From Pleurocapsa sp. (lineage in GTDB: Bacteria > Cyanobacteriota > Cyanobacteriia > Cyanobacteriales > Xenococcaceae): a stretch of 64,000 nucleotides of DNA. Of the stretch, positions 1-10,502 are shown piece after piece; position 1 is the first letter of the stretch, and every line of letters starts with the position of its first letter. The stretch is from NCBI GenBank assembly GCA_050330395.1, contig JBHJNW010000088.1, forward strand, positions 5,787 to 69,786, written 5' to 3'. Both the position numbers and the translations under genes were made by a program. Below the pieces are notes generated by a model. That model ran no database searches and had not been told where the DNA came from. It was given only the letters and a program-made list of their open reading frames with translations.

Positions 1-2219
1 GACTATTACTCAATTTCCAGCTACCCGCAGCTATTGGTTTACACATCAACGGAGACGCACTGTATAAGTCGATTAACCTCCCCGTACATCAGCTAAACTA
101 CAACGGCATTCCGCATCAGTATGTGGGCAGAATTAGAGCCTTAAGCGATGGTCTGATCTATTCTTTGGGACTAACTTTGGCAGGAATAGTCTTGTGGCTG
201 TGCCATCTTTATCTCAGCCTGCCACAAATTACCTTGTTAGCAATTGCCTTAACTGTATTGCTGCTGCTAGTACGCTTACCGATGGGCAGGTTTTATACCC
301 AAGGTTTAGAAGAGATGATTCGCGCTGATACAATTAATCTAGATGATTTTCAGTTCAATAGTACTCAGCTACCTGCTCAATCCAGCAAGGCGATCCGAGA
401 ATTTTTAACTGATGGCGATCGCTTTACCCAAATGAAAGGTTTAGAATTGGCTGCTAATATTGGCAATCCGAGTCAGTTTTTTAACGAAGTCAAGGCTTTA
501 TTACCCGAAGCAGATAGTTCCGTGCGGGAGGGAATCTTGAAGTTGTTTAGAAATAGCGATCGCGCAACTCTACAGCAGTTTGCCAATTTATTGACTGATG
601 ACAATCCTACAGTAAGAGCAACTGCGCTGGAAGTTTTGATTGCCAACCAATATACTTTTGATCCAGACCACCTCCAAGTTTTGATTGCCGATAGTAACCA
701 AGAAGTAAAGGCGTTGGGTTTAGTTGCTACATTTCAAGCCACCTCAGCCGAAGAATTAGATTCCAGCATTGCCGAACAGTTTTGGCAGCTAGAATTAACC
801 GACGCTACAGCCAAAGCGATCGCCTCAGTTGTGCGCCATAGTGAAAACCCTGAGTTTATTACTCTGATTGAATATTTACTACCCCAAGCTAGCCCCGAAG
901 CAAAACAAGAAGCACTTAATGCTTTAGTTAATATCGCTTCTCCTCAAGACCATAATTTAGCCAAAATTGCGGCGGCTGAAATTGAACATTACGATCCAGC
1001 AGTTCGGGTTTGCGCATTCAAAATATTAGAAATTACCCATTGCTCTGAAGCTTTGCAGCAAGTTACTAGAGGATTTGATGATGATGATGCACGAGTGCGT
1101 CAACAGGTAGCTAGTACTATATCCGCTTATGGGAAATTAGGCTTAACTATCGCTCAAGAACATTTAACCTCAGGAGATCCTCATGTAGTTAATACAGCGA
1201 TCGCGGCGATCGCTCTGTTTAAAAGCAAGCAAGCTAACGAAATTCTTTTTAAGCACCTCACCCCGGAATTTCAGCAGTTTAACCAGACTCGTAAGTGGCA
1301 ACAACAGATACCAAGACAAGATCCTAACTGGCGATTATTGGCAGTGGCAATTGAAGACTATCAGCAGCGGTTATTGCAAAAGGTGCTGTATATTTTGTCT
1401 TGTTTAGGATATTCCCGCACCGTTAACTTAGTCAAACGTATTTTGGCAACTGGCGATCGCCGTGATTTAGCTAATGCAGTGGAAGTTCTCGCTTCAATCA
1501 ATCATCGTCGCTTTGTTCAACCTCTGATGCCTTTACTAGAAGAGACGGTATCAGAACAACAGCCCCAAACCGAGATCGAGCCTACTCCTCAATGGCTGCA
1601 AACTAAAGGCTACAAAATACTCTTAGAGGCGTTAAATTCAAGCGATCGCTGGATCAAAACAGGTGCGTCCGTAGCCCTGGCGACTGTACCTAAAACTCTA
1701 ATCAAAGATTCCCATCCCATCGTACAATCAGTTGCACCAGAAATTATTCCTGTTCAGCCGACCTGTTCCATTAGCATTTCTATGAATCGATTACTTTTAC
1801 TACGCAACGTTGCCTTATTTAAAAATCTAACTCTTGATGAACTATTTCCGATCGACCAGGCTTTAGAACAAAGACAAGTACTAGCTGGAGAAACTATTTA
1901 CAAAGAAGGAAGTTGGGGCGGGCATCTATATATTATTGCCACAGGCAAAGTACAGATTGTCAAAGAACTTGATGGCGAACCACAAGAGATTAAGCAGTTG
2001 ACTACAGGACAGTATTTTGGCGAAATTGCCCTGTTTGATGAAGCTCCTCGTTGGGACAGTGCGATCGCAATTGAAGACACTGTATTACTCTGTCTAGAAA
2101 AGAAACGTTTTATTAGCCTGATTACTCAACGCCCCCATATCATTTTAGAAATCTGTCGGTTTTTGAGTCAGAGATTACGGGAAACTGATAAATATATGTC
2201 TGCGAAAAAACCCTGTTGA
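1..2219 (+). CDS. HEAT-repeat protein with a C-terminal cyclic-nucleotide-binding domain. It is 5'-truncated by the window edge, and the N-terminal part looks like the last TM helices of a transporter domain.
   Basis: The reading frame is open from nt 3 with no stop, so the listed GTG at 123 is probably internal. Hydrophobic helices come first, followed by repeated HEAT-like units (xVRxxAxxxL). The C-terminus carries a cNMP-binding signature (FGEIALFDEAPRWDSAIA). Confidence 0.7.
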   Translation, partial: LLLNFQLPAAIGLHINGDALYKSINLPVHQLNYNGIPHQYVGRIRALSDGLIYSLGLTLAGIVLWLCHLYLSLPQITLLAIALTVLLLLVRLPMGRFYTQGLEEMIRADTINLDDFQFNSTQLPAQSSKAIREFLTDGDRFTQMKGLELAANIGNPSQFFNEVKALLPEADSSVREGILKLFRNSDRATLQQFANLLTDDNPTVRATALEVLIANQYTFDPDHLQVLIADSNQEVKALGLVATFQATSAEELDSSIAEQFWQLELTDATAKAIASVVRHSENPEFITLIEYLLPQASPEAKQEALNALVNIASPQDHNLAKIAAAEIEHYDPAVRVCAFKILEITHCSEALQQVTRGFDDDDARVRQQVASTISAYGKLGLTIAQEHLTSGDPHVVNTAIAAIALFKSKQANEILFKHLTPEFQQFNQTRKWQQQIPRQDPNWRLLAVAIEDYQQRLLQKVLYILSCLGYSRTVNLVKRILATGDRRDLANAVEVLASINHRRFVQPLMPLLEETVSEQQPQTEIEPTPQWLQTKGYKILLEALNSSDRWIKTGASVALATVPKTLIKDSHPIVQSVAPEIIPVQPTCSISISMNRLLLLRNVALFKNLTLDELFPIDQALEQRQVLAGETIYKEGSWGGHLYIIATGKVQIVKELDGEPQEIKQLTTGQYFGEIALFDEAPRWDSAIAIEDTVLLCLEKKRFISLITQRPHIILEICRFLSQRLRETDKYMSAKKPC

Positions 2220-2246
2220 TTCTGAGAAGGAGAGTATTAAAAGCCT

Positions 2247-2753
2247 TTAGCTTTTAGTTAAACTATACATCTCTACATTTAAGCCGTGATAAATTAGCTT
2301 TTTTTCTAGCTTCATGCCTAGCTTTTTAGCTACCCTAACCGACCGAATATTATCAGGATCGATTAAACAGATAAAACGTTGAAAATTAAATCTTTGCTGA
2401 CCATATTCTAAGACCGCTTTAGCTGCTTCGGTAGCCAAGCCTTGTCCCCAATATTTTTTTGCTAACCGATAGCCAATTTCTACTTCTTGCTGCTGCTCAA
2501 CCGATTGAATAAAAAAACCGCAGTAGCCAATCAACTCCTGAGTTTGCTTATGAATTAAAGCATATAAACCAAACCCACATTCAAGGTAAGAGAGCAATCT
2601 CTGTTCAATAAACTGTCTAACTTGCTGGCGATTATGTACTCCAATAATGGAATATCGCATTACTTCAGCATCACCCAAAATTGGTATCAAAGCTTCTCGA
2701 TCGCCAATGGTAATATATCTAAGGGTTAATCTAGAAGTCTCGATGATCTTCAT
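2247..2753 (-). CDS. GNAT family N-acetyltransferase (RimJ/RimL-like)
   Basis: 168 aa. Acetyl-CoA-binding-type motif YWGQGLATEAAKAVLEYG, and the typical N-terminus TxRLxLR. Confidence 0.75.
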   Translation of the reverse strand: MKIIETSRLTLRYITIGDREALIPILGDAEVMRYSIIGVHNRQQVRQFIEQRLLSYLECGFGLYALIHKQTQELIGYCGFFIQSVEQQQEVEIGYRLAKKYWGQGLATEAAKAVLEYGQQRFNFQRFICLIDPDNIRSVRVAKKLGMKLEKKLIYHGLNVEMYSLTKS

Positions 2754-2888
2754 GAAGTCTCCAGCGACTAAATTAATATTAAAACAACTAATGCTTTGTT
2801 TATCAATAAGTTAACAGACTACTAGTAGTTGAAATACTCGCTTTCTCTTATGCACCTGTTGGCGATCGCTACCGAATTAAGCACACGA

Positions 2889-4802
2889 TTAATTAACCTT
2901 GTTAGCATTTATTTTGCTACTGGGCGGTATACCTTCAATATTGATTATGCCTTGAATCACCGAGCCTACTATTGGTGCAGCAACAGTAGAGCCATAAGTA
3001 TGTTCTCCGCGAGGCTCATCAACTACGGCTAAAACTGCGTAACGAGGAGCTTCGACTGGAAATAAACCAACAAAACTAGTGATTTTTGCTGTTTCATCGT
3101 ATCCACCCTGGTTAACGGCTTTTTGGGAAGTTCCTGTTTTTCCAGCAATTCTGTAGCCTGGAATCTTAGCTGCGTAACCACTACCTTCTTCAACCACCGT
3201 TTCCATCATTTCTAGAACAGTAGTAGCGGTTTTAGGAGAAAATATTTGCTTACTATTGGATGGCTGAAAATAGTGGAGATAGCCTTGATAATCTGACAAA
3301 CCCCTAACTACATGAGGCGTGATTAATTTACCTTTGTTGGCCAATGCTGCATGGAGTTGAATTAGCTTGAGGGGTGTTAGCGAAAAACCTTGACCAAAAG
3401 CTGTAGTGGCGGGTTCAATTTCCCTAACAGTAAATTCTACCTCGTTTTTTAATCTACCTGTGGTGTATCCTGGAATATCAAATTCTAACTCCTCCTCAAT
3501 GCCTAATTTCTGTAAATCCCGATAGTAGTCGAGAGGTTTCATCCGATGCATGATCTTAATCATCCCCACGTTACTAGAGTACTGAAGAATTTCTGGCAAA
3601 GTTAATTCTCCTCGCGCACCTTTTTTTTCAAAATCATGGTTACGCACCACAGCATCTTTAATCTTAATTTCTCCCGTATCATCAAAGGTATCCTGGGGAG
3701 AAATAACTCCCGCATCTAAAGCCAAAGCAATATTAATCGGCTTAAAAGTAGAACCAGGCTCGTAAAGATCGGTAATTGCCCAATTTTTGAATAGCCGAAA
3801 ATCAGTAGTTTCATAGTATGTATTAGGATTATAAGTCGGCTCGGACACCAAAGCGGCGATCGCCCCATCGCGAACATCCATGACAATTACCGCACCCTGT
3901 TTGGCCTTATACTGTTCCATCTGCTGCTTTAAGGCATTACGAGCAATTTGTTGTAAACGTAAGTCAATTGTTAACTGTAATCTCAGATCGTCAAAGTTAA
4001 ATAGCTGTTGCGATCGCTCTAAATCCCCTGGATAAAATACGGCTTTTTCTCGATCAAAGCTACGCTTCATTTTCCAGCTTATCGGCTTGCGTTCGAGAAG
4101 TTTGTTTTGAGTGTATTCTACTCCTGCCTGAGGGGCGCGGCTGCTATCGCGGTTGACATAGCCTGTTACCTCTGCTGCCATTGTTTGGTGAGGATAAAAA
4201 CGGGTGTAGTTTTGCTTTAAATCTAAACCATCAATTTGTAGTGCGGCAATTTTTGCTTGGGCAGATTCAGGTAAATCTTCCGCCAAAAGAATTCCCCAAT
4301 CTTGTTGAGCAAAAATTGCTAACAATTCTTCAGGGGTTTTGTTGCCTAATATATCTGACAGCTGATCGGCGATTTCTGCTGCTGGTACTGGCTGAGAATT
4401 CCGTTTAAATAAATGAGGATGAATGTAGAGAGTATAGGTAATTCGATCTGTTGCTAAAACATTTTGTTGGCGGTCAACAATTTGACGACGAGGGATATAA
4501 AAATTAAGCCTAGTTGTTTGCTGATCTTGAGCTATTTGGGTTAGTTTTTTTCCTTGGGGAGCTTGTTCGTATATGATTAAAGGATCAACGATTTGGAGAT
4601 AATAGAGTCTTGAGCCTAAACCTAGGGTACCAAAAACTAGTATGCCCCAGATCAAAAACAGCCTTAATAGCGGTTTATTTTTACCCTGATTCTGGTAAAC
4701 ATTATTAAAAGTATGGTGGTTGTACTGTAGCTTTCTCGGAGTTGGTCGAGTTGAATTGCGTTTAGTCAATCTGAGAGGGAGTTGAAACTTAGATTTAGAC
4801 AT
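2889..4802 (-). CDS. ftsI: Class B penicillin-binding protein / peptidoglycan D,D-transpeptidase (FtsI-like)
   Basis: N-terminal TM anchor plus transpeptidase motifs STFKP (SxxK), SSN and KTGT. It lies downstream of an FtsL-like bitopic protein. Confidence 0.8.
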   Translation of the reverse strand: MSKSKFQLPLRLTKRNSTRPTPRKLQYNHHTFNNVYQNQGKNKPLLRLFLIWGILVFGTLGLGSRLYYLQIVDPLIIYEQAPQGKKLTQIAQDQQTTRLNFYIPRRQIVDRQQNVLATDRITYTLYIHPHLFKRNSQPVPAAEIADQLSDILGNKTPEELLAIFAQQDWGILLAEDLPESAQAKIAALQIDGLDLKQNYTRFYPHQTMAAEVTGYVNRDSSRAPQAGVEYTQNKLLERKPISWKMKRSFDREKAVFYPGDLERSQQLFNFDDLRLQLTIDLRLQQIARNALKQQMEQYKAKQGAVIVMDVRDGAIAALVSEPTYNPNTYYETTDFRLFKNWAITDLYEPGSTFKPINIALALDAGVISPQDTFDDTGEIKIKDAVVRNHDFEKKGARGELTLPEILQYSSNVGMIKIMHRMKPLDYYRDLQKLGIEEELEFDIPGYTTGRLKNEVEFTVREIEPATTAFGQGFSLTPLKLIQLHAALANKGKLITPHVVRGLSDYQGYLHYFQPSNSKQIFSPKTATTVLEMMETVVEEGSGYAAKIPGYRIAGKTGTSQKAVNQGGYDETAKITSFVGLFPVEAPRYAVLAVVDEPRGEHTYGSTVAAPIVGSVIQGIINIEGIPPSSKINANKVN

Positions 4803-4939
4803 AAATTAAGCTCTAAGCTATCTGGAGGCATGAAAACTAATTTAGCTCGTATCTTTTCAATAGGTGTAAATAAGTAATTGTCAGCAAATATAAATGCCAA
4901 AATTAAACATAATAATTAAGATAGTCACATGGCTCTTGC

Positions 4940-5449
4940 TTAATAGCCAAAACTATTAAGCTTTAATTCAACCGTTTTTGCTTGCTCTGTGCTGATATTA
5001 GATTTGTTTTTGACGCTAATTTTTGCAGGAGGAATAAAGACTGCTGACTCTGGACTTGATACAGCTAGACGATTATCTTGACTGGCTTCTTGAGCTATTT
5101 GATATTTGAGCGTCTCGTTAATTGCTATTAGCTGACGCTCTTGACGTTGTAAACTTTCTAAATGCTGATATTCTTGGCTCCAAACTTTCGGAATATGCAC
5201 CGCAGATATATAAAGACCAATGCTAGCCGTCATCGAAGCTATAGCTATACCAAAAGAACTTTTTTGCAATAATAACAGTGTATTAAGATTACTAGGTAGA
5301 CTATTTGGTGACGAAAAAGTCTTTGGCTTGATTACTTTGGTTAATTTTGTTTGGGGCTGCCTAACTAATTGGCGTTGGTTACCAATTGTCTCTGGTTGTG
5401 CTTGAGGAGAATAATCGGGGTAAAAATCAGGCTGGCGAAGAGCAGTCAT
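4940..5449 (-). CDS. Bitopic membrane protein with a coiled coil, possibly an FtsL/DivIC-like divisome component
   Basis: Single TM (FGIAIASMTASIGLYISAV) followed by a heptad-like coiled coil (LESLQRQERQLIAINETLKYQI). It sits directly upstream of ftsI on the same strand. The function is inferred from architecture and position only. Confidence 0.45.
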   Translation of the reverse strand: MTALRQPDFYPDYSPQAQPETIGNQRQLVRQPQTKLTKVIKPKTFSSPNSLPSNLNTLLLLQKSSFGIAIASMTASIGLYISAVHIPKVWSQEYQHLESLQRQERQLIAINETLKYQIAQEASQDNRLAVSSPESAVFIPPAKISVKNKSNISTEQAKTVELKLNSFGY

Positions 5450-5601
5450 TGAATAATCTCCGTATTTTATCAGGAAGTCGTTGGGCGAATCTTAACTCAT
5501 ATTGGCAAAAATGATAAGAGGAGACGATAAAAATTAACGCCACTTGGTCTCCTGTAACCTTTTGGTAATCATAAATTTAATTCAGTATAAATATTTTGAC
5601 G

Positions 5602-6807
5602 ATGGCGCAGGTAGTAATTGTGGGAGCAGGTCCTGTTGGTGCAGTAACAGCATTATTGTTAGTACAAAGGGGGATTGAAGTAAAGCTGATTGAGGCATCT
5701 CGCGATTTTAAACGGTTATTTCGCGGCGAAGGATTAATGCCTAGTGGCTTAGATGCTTTAGAACAAATGGGCTTGCTGAAATTATTAACAGACATTCCCC
5801 ATCAGGCTATTGATGGGTGGGAATTTTTATTATCTCAGCGAAAACTATTTCGGGTGGATGAACCTATAGAAGCTAATGGAAGGCACTGCACGACAGTTTC
5901 GCAACCTGACTTATTAGCAGCAATTATTAGGCAAGCTGAGGAATATGCTCAGTTTGAATTTATGCAAGGCGAACCAGTACAGGATATTGTACGTAAGCCT
6001 GGTGGCAGAGTTGGCGGCGTTAAATTAAGTTCGGGAGTAGAAATCAGTGCTGATCTTGTCATAGCTAGTGATGGGCGTAATTCTGTAATCAGAAAAAAAG
6101 CTGGTATAAATTTGACTAAGTTGCAAAATAATGTTGATATTTTGTGGTTTCAGCTTGATTCTGGGGCGCGATCGCTTGGCAAGAATATTTTTTATTCAAT
6201 TCTGCAAGGAAGAGAGGGATTTGGTCTATTTAGAGGCTCATCAGGTAAGCTACACATTGGTTGGGGACTACACGCGGATGATAATTACGCTGTTGGAGAT
6301 CTTGACTGGGCAGCTAAACTCGCGGCAACTTCTCCTCCTTGGCTAGCCGAACATATCTTAAATCATCAGGACAGTTTAACTAAGCCCATACACTTATCTG
6401 TAGTTGTGGGACGTTGCGATCGCTGGTCAATTCCTGGACTACTCTTACTAGGAGATGCTGTTCATCCCATGTCACCGCTCCGCGCCCAGGGTATAAATAT
6501 GGCGTTTCGTGATGCGATTGTGGCCGCTAATCATTTAGTCCCACTATTGAGTGAGACAGAACTTAATTTAAGCCAAATTGATGCAGCATTACTGATAATT
6601 CAACAGGAAAGAGAACCTGAAATTATTCGCATCCAACAATTACAGGCGCAAGAAATGGGTCAAGCTGAATTATTACATAACAGTGCTTTTGTTCGTTGGG
6701 GTGCTAAAACTTTTACGTCCATTATTCGTCCAGCTATTCGGGCATCCTGGTTAAGGAGGCAAAAACAACTCCGTCAGGGTGTGACCAATGTCCGCCTAAC
6801 CGTCTAA
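5602..6807 (+). CDS. FAD-dependent monooxygenase (UbiH/PheA-type flavoprotein)
   Basis: N-terminal Rossmann motif VIVGAGPVGA and a conserved GDAVHPMSP FAD-binding motif. The ATG at 5602 is preferred over the TTG at 5596. Confidence 0.75.
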   Translation: MAQVVIVGAGPVGAVTALLLVQRGIEVKLIEASRDFKRLFRGEGLMPSGLDALEQMGLLKLLTDIPHQAIDGWEFLLSQRKLFRVDEPIEANGRHCTTVSQPDLLAAIIRQAEEYAQFEFMQGEPVQDIVRKPGGRVGGVKLSSGVEISADLVIASDGRNSVIRKKAGINLTKLQNNVDILWFQLDSGARSLGKNIFYSILQGREGFGLFRGSSGKLHIGWGLHADDNYAVGDLDWAAKLAATSPPWLAEHILNHQDSLTKPIHLSVVVGRCDRWSIPGLLLLGDAVHPMSPLRAQGINMAFRDAIVAANHLVPLLSETELNLSQIDAALLIIQQEREPEIIRIQQLQAQEMGQAELLHNSAFVRWGAKTFTSIIRPAIRASWLRRQKQLRQGVTNVRLTV

Positions 6808-6821
6808 AGCAAAAATATTGG

Positions 6822-7469
6822 TTAATTATCCGCGCTCAATTGCCCATTATTCATCGCGTATTTAATTCGAGCCTGAATAGCTGCTTCTGGTTCAGTACTA
6901 ATCAATTCTTGGAACTTAGTGATAATTTCTGATACTAATTTAGGTTGGCTGGTTGCCAAAGTATGACCTAATGCCTCTAGCCCAACTACAGCAGCATATC
7001 TAACTACCCATTCTCCGTCTTCTGTTGCCAGTAAGAGAGTCTTTGATACCTTCTGTTGGGCTGAAACAACTTCCTCAGGAGCTAGCTTGGACCAGATAAT
7101 ACCGCCCAATCCCTTGGCTGCTGCGCGGCGGACACTTTGAGAAAAGTCAGAAACAGCAGCTTTTAATAACAAATCTAAAGCAGCAGGATCGCCAATACCA
7201 GCAAACACTCTAGTAGCCCAGGCTCTTGCACCGTAGTTATAGCTGTCTAGGTTCTTGAGCAAATAAGGAACAACGGGTTCGCCAATTTTAATCAAACCAT
7301 CAACCGCAGCTACCGCAGCACCAGGATTATTGAACCCCAAAACCTCTACTAAGGTAGGTATTGCAGCTGTATCGGTCACTTCTGCTAAGTTTTCTACGGT
7401 TTTTAGTAGTAAATCAGCTGAGTCGGCTTGGTTTACTGCCTCAATTAATTGTTGAACATCAGACATCAA
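6822..7469 (-). CDS. cpcF: Phycocyanobilin lyase subunit CpcF (HEAT-repeat)
   Basis: 215-aa HEAT-repeat protein immediately downstream of cpcE in a cpcBAEF arrangement. Confidence 0.75.
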   Translation of the reverse strand: MMSDVQQLIEAVNQADSADLLLKTVENLAEVTDTAAIPTLVEVLGFNNPGAAVAAVDGLIKIGEPVVPYLLKNLDSYNYGARAWATRVFAGIGDPAALDLLLKAAVSDFSQSVRRAAAKGLGGIIWSKLAPEEVVSAQQKVSKTLLLATEDGEWVVRYAAVVGLEALGHTLATSQPKLVSEIITKFQELISTEPEAAIQARIKYAMNNGQLSADN

Positions 7470-7563
7470 TAACTTGTGACTGGTTTAAAGTCGGGAAAAT
7501 ATAATAGATAATAGTTAAAGAATAATTTTACTACTTTACCTAACATCTATCTGAATTCTTGTA

Positions 7564-7602
7564 TTTTTTTTATAGCCTGCTCTTTTTAGGCTATAAAAAA
7601 AA
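7564..7602. repeat. Perfect extended hairpin T8-ATAGCCT-(9 nt loop)-AGGCTAT-A8 between cpcE and cpcF
   Basis: Read directly: 7564-7578 (ttttttttatagcct) is the exact reverse complement of 7588-7602 (aggctataaaaaaaa). The T-tract is 5' and the A-tract 3' on both strands, so this is not a canonical intrinsic terminator. Confidence 0.8.
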
Positions 7603-7658
7603 TCCTGACTTCTGATGTTATATCCTTTGCGATCGCTTTTACTCCGATGACCATCAAT

Positions 7659-8459
7659 TTAGAGGAGCGAATCCATTAAGTTCATGATTTTAATGCTCTC
7701 GGTAGATATTTCTGGATCTTGGCTGGTTAAACTAGTTTCTAATAATCCTTTAAGTGCAATCAACTTCATGCTATTTTCAGCTAAAGTATTAGCGATCGCC
7801 TGACCTGCTTTGAGATAGCCTACCGCACCCAAATCCATCAAAGCCGAGCGACGCAGCTGCAAATCGTCTCCAGATAATGCTCTAATCAGCATCTCTCCAT
7901 ACCTGTCTTTTCTAGTTAGCTGATACATCGCTCTGGCAGCAGCATATTTTACCTTTTCTGTCGGGTGCTGCGTAAACGGCTCTATTAGGTCAATTGCCTC
8001 GGTTGCTCTTAATGTTCCTAAAGCTTCAATTACTGCTTCATAAGGCTGGACTAAATGGGGTTTACCAGTCACTCTCGTAGCTGCTGCTACTCCTCCATTT
8101 AATAGCTCGATCAACGAAGGAATACATTGGTTATCCTGCAACATTTCTAAAGCTTGAGCAGCAGCTTCTCTGACGTAAAAATCAGGAAACTCTAAACAAC
8201 GAATTAATGGCTCTACAGCACTTTTGTCGCCCAGTTTACCTAAAGCTCTAGCGGCATTGCGACGCAAGGGATAGCCGCCATCGGGCGCACGGTCTTGTTC
8301 ATCTTCTAAGGCCATCAATAAAGCAGCGATCGCCTCTTTTTCTTGAACTCTAAATTTCCCTAACCACCATGCAGCATAGTATCGCGCCCCTAAATCTTCT
8401 TTTTGCTTGAGGTTAGCGATCGCTTGCTCTACCGTCAGTTGTTCCGCCTCATCTTTCAT
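7659..8459 (-). CDS. cpcE: Phycocyanobilin lyase subunit CpcE (HEAT-repeat)
   Basis: 266-aa HEAT-repeat protein with the typical CpcE N-terminus (ARYYAAWWLGKFR), directly downstream of cpcA. Confidence 0.8.
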   Translation of the reverse strand: MKDEAEQLTVEQAIANLKQKEDLGARYYAAWWLGKFRVQEKEAIAALLMALEDEQDRAPDGGYPLRRNAARALGKLGDKSAVEPLIRCLEFPDFYVREAAAQALEMLQDNQCIPSLIELLNGGVAAATRVTGKPHLVQPYEAVIEALGTLRATEAIDLIEPFTQHPTEKVKYAAARAMYQLTRKDRYGEMLIRALSGDDLQLRRSALMDLGAVGYLKAGQAIANTLAENSMKLIALKGLLETSLTSQDPEISTESIKIMNLMDSLL

Positions 8460-8635
8460 AATCGCTCCCTCTTTGCTTCAAACATGACAATACTCAGAAA
8501 AGTAAACAAATACTAGCCTTATTGCTGGCATTCGCATACTCCTCTGAGTATCGCTTGATCAATCAAATATTTTGATTTTTGTCTGATGTCTATCTTGTTT
8601 AAATAGACTAATAACTCGCTAAAATTTAGCCAACT

Positions 8636-9124
8636 CTAGCTTAGTGTGTTAATCGCATAGTCTAAGTAACTATTTGCTTCAGTAGCAGGATCTCCACTCA
8701 AACCATGATTACTCTTGATATATTTAAGAGCTTCAATATACCAGCTAGGAGAAAGTTCGTAAGCGCGATTGATTTCGTCTAGACCAGCTATTAGGTATTC
8801 GTCCATGGGACCAGTACCACCAGAAACTAGGCAGTAAGTTACCATTCTGAGGTAGTAGCCGATGTCACGAGAACATTTTGCTTTACCTTCAGGTGTAGAA
8901 GCATACTGAGGTCCTTGAGTGCTAGTAGTGTAAGGAAATTTAGAATACACTGCGTTAGCTGCACCATCAACCAATTTTTGAGAATTGCTAGTCAATGCTT
9001 TAGCTGCTTCTAAAGAAGCGTTAGCCTGTTTAAAACGACCAAAAGCGGTTTGAATTTCAGTGCTGCTTAAGAAACGACCCTGGGAATCAGCAGAAGATAC
9101 TGCTTCAGTTAGAGGAGTTTTCAT
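8636..9124 (-). CDS. cpcA: C-phycocyanin alpha subunit
   Basis: 162 aa, MKTPLTEAV...ADSQGRFLS...[18 protein letters not shown]...[13 protein letters not shown]. The sequence is near-canonical CpcA. Confidence 0.95.
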   Translation of the reverse strand: MKTPLTEAVSSADSQGRFLSSTEIQTAFGRFKQANASLEAAKALTSNSQKLVDGAANAVYSKFPYTTSTQGPQYASTPEGKAKCSRDIGYYLRMVTYCLVSGGTGPMDEYLIAGLDEINRAYELSPSWYIEALKYIKSNHGLSGDPATEANSYLDYAINTLS

Positions 9125-9211
9125 AGTTGTGATGTTGCCTTATTTTACTAATTTTTTCTAAACAACCAAAGGTTGATTTGTGTTGTCCAAAAGAGCAATT
9201 GCTCTTCTTTA

Positions 9212-9730
9212 CTAGGCTACTGAGGAAGCCGCGCGGTCAAAGTAGCCAGCAATCTCAGAAGAAATAGCACTACAGTCGCCAGGGGTGATGTTGTTAGTGT
9301 CGTTGATAATTGCTAAAGCTGCTTCTTTCATTTTTTGAACGCCAACTGCTACGGAAGCACCGGGAGTACCCAAAGCTAAATAAGTTTCGCGTAGTCCATT
9401 TAAACAACGATCTTCTAAAACACTTGCGTCACCAGTGAAGATAGCGTAAGTGATATAGCGCAAAATGATTTCCATGTCACGCAAGCAGGCTGCATTACGG
9501 CGACTAGTGTAAGCATTTCCGCCAGGAGCAATTAACTGAGGTTGCTCAGCAAATAAAGCGCGAGCTGCGTTTGTCACAATAGCGGAACCGTTACCAGTAA
9601 TGCGGTTAACTGAATCCATACGTTTGTTGCTTGCTGCAACCATTGCACTTAGAGCGTCTAATTGGCTAGTGGATAGAAATTCACCACGAGCATCAGCTTG
9701 AGACACTACTCTAGTAAATGCGTCGAACAT
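9212..9730 (-). CDS. cpcB: C-phycocyanin beta subunit
   Basis: 172 aa, [20 protein letters not shown]...[17 protein letters not shown]. The sequence is canonical CpcB and the gene lies upstream of cpcA. Confidence 0.95.
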   Translation of the reverse strand: MFDAFTRVVSQADARGEFLSTSQLDALSAMVAASNKRMDSVNRITGNGSAIVTNAARALFAEQPQLIAPGGNAYTSRRNAACLRDMEIILRYITYAIFTGDASVLEDRCLNGLRETYLALGTPGASVAVGVQKMKEAALAIINDTNNITPGDCSAISSEIAGYFDRAASSVA

Positions 9731-10502
9731 TATAAATAATCTCCTACTCGAATTAAATTTGGTTTAGTTGGACTTCAAAAAGGAATCTTAACTTAAAAAC
9801 TACTTTCGGCCACTAGCTAAAGCTAGCTTAGAGAAAGCGGTCAGTTGTCGAAGGTGCTAAGTTACTATTCTCTAGCCACCCAGGAAAAGTTTCTTAAGTC
9901 ACCTAATAAAACTTTACACTCTTAATAAAAAACCGTAAAAGTGATAAATTTACGGCGATCGCTCATAGCATTTCGCAAAGCTTGATGGTACTGACCCCGC
10001 ACTGTGCGATTCCTATTTAGACCTCGCCAACAGGCATTTACCCCTCAGATAACTTTTATACAACGACAACGAACCATTATTTGTTACGTCTTGTTAATTT
10101 TTCCTGGCTTGACTGACTATTGTTAACAAAATTTGGTTTCTGTTAATTTTTCAGCCAGCTTGGGTGCTTTATTGATTTAATGATTAATTTTTGTTGACTC
10201 AAAATCAAAGACAAAACCTCAATTCTTTACTGTTTAGCATATAGCCAACCTGTTGAGAACAAATATAATCGACTAAATAAGTTAAAGACTTATCAGAAAC
10301 AAACATTGTTATCTGTTATTATCTTATCTTTTTGTAATTTAAAGCAATTGACTGTTACTTTTATCAACAATCAGCTGATTGGCTGCCACTGCAACAATTA
10401 AACACTCAATCGCCGAAAATCATGCCAATTATGACATGACAATTTTTAATGCGTGCTCATCAGTTGATAATTTTGAGTCATATACTTTGTCTTGGTGGCA
10501 AG

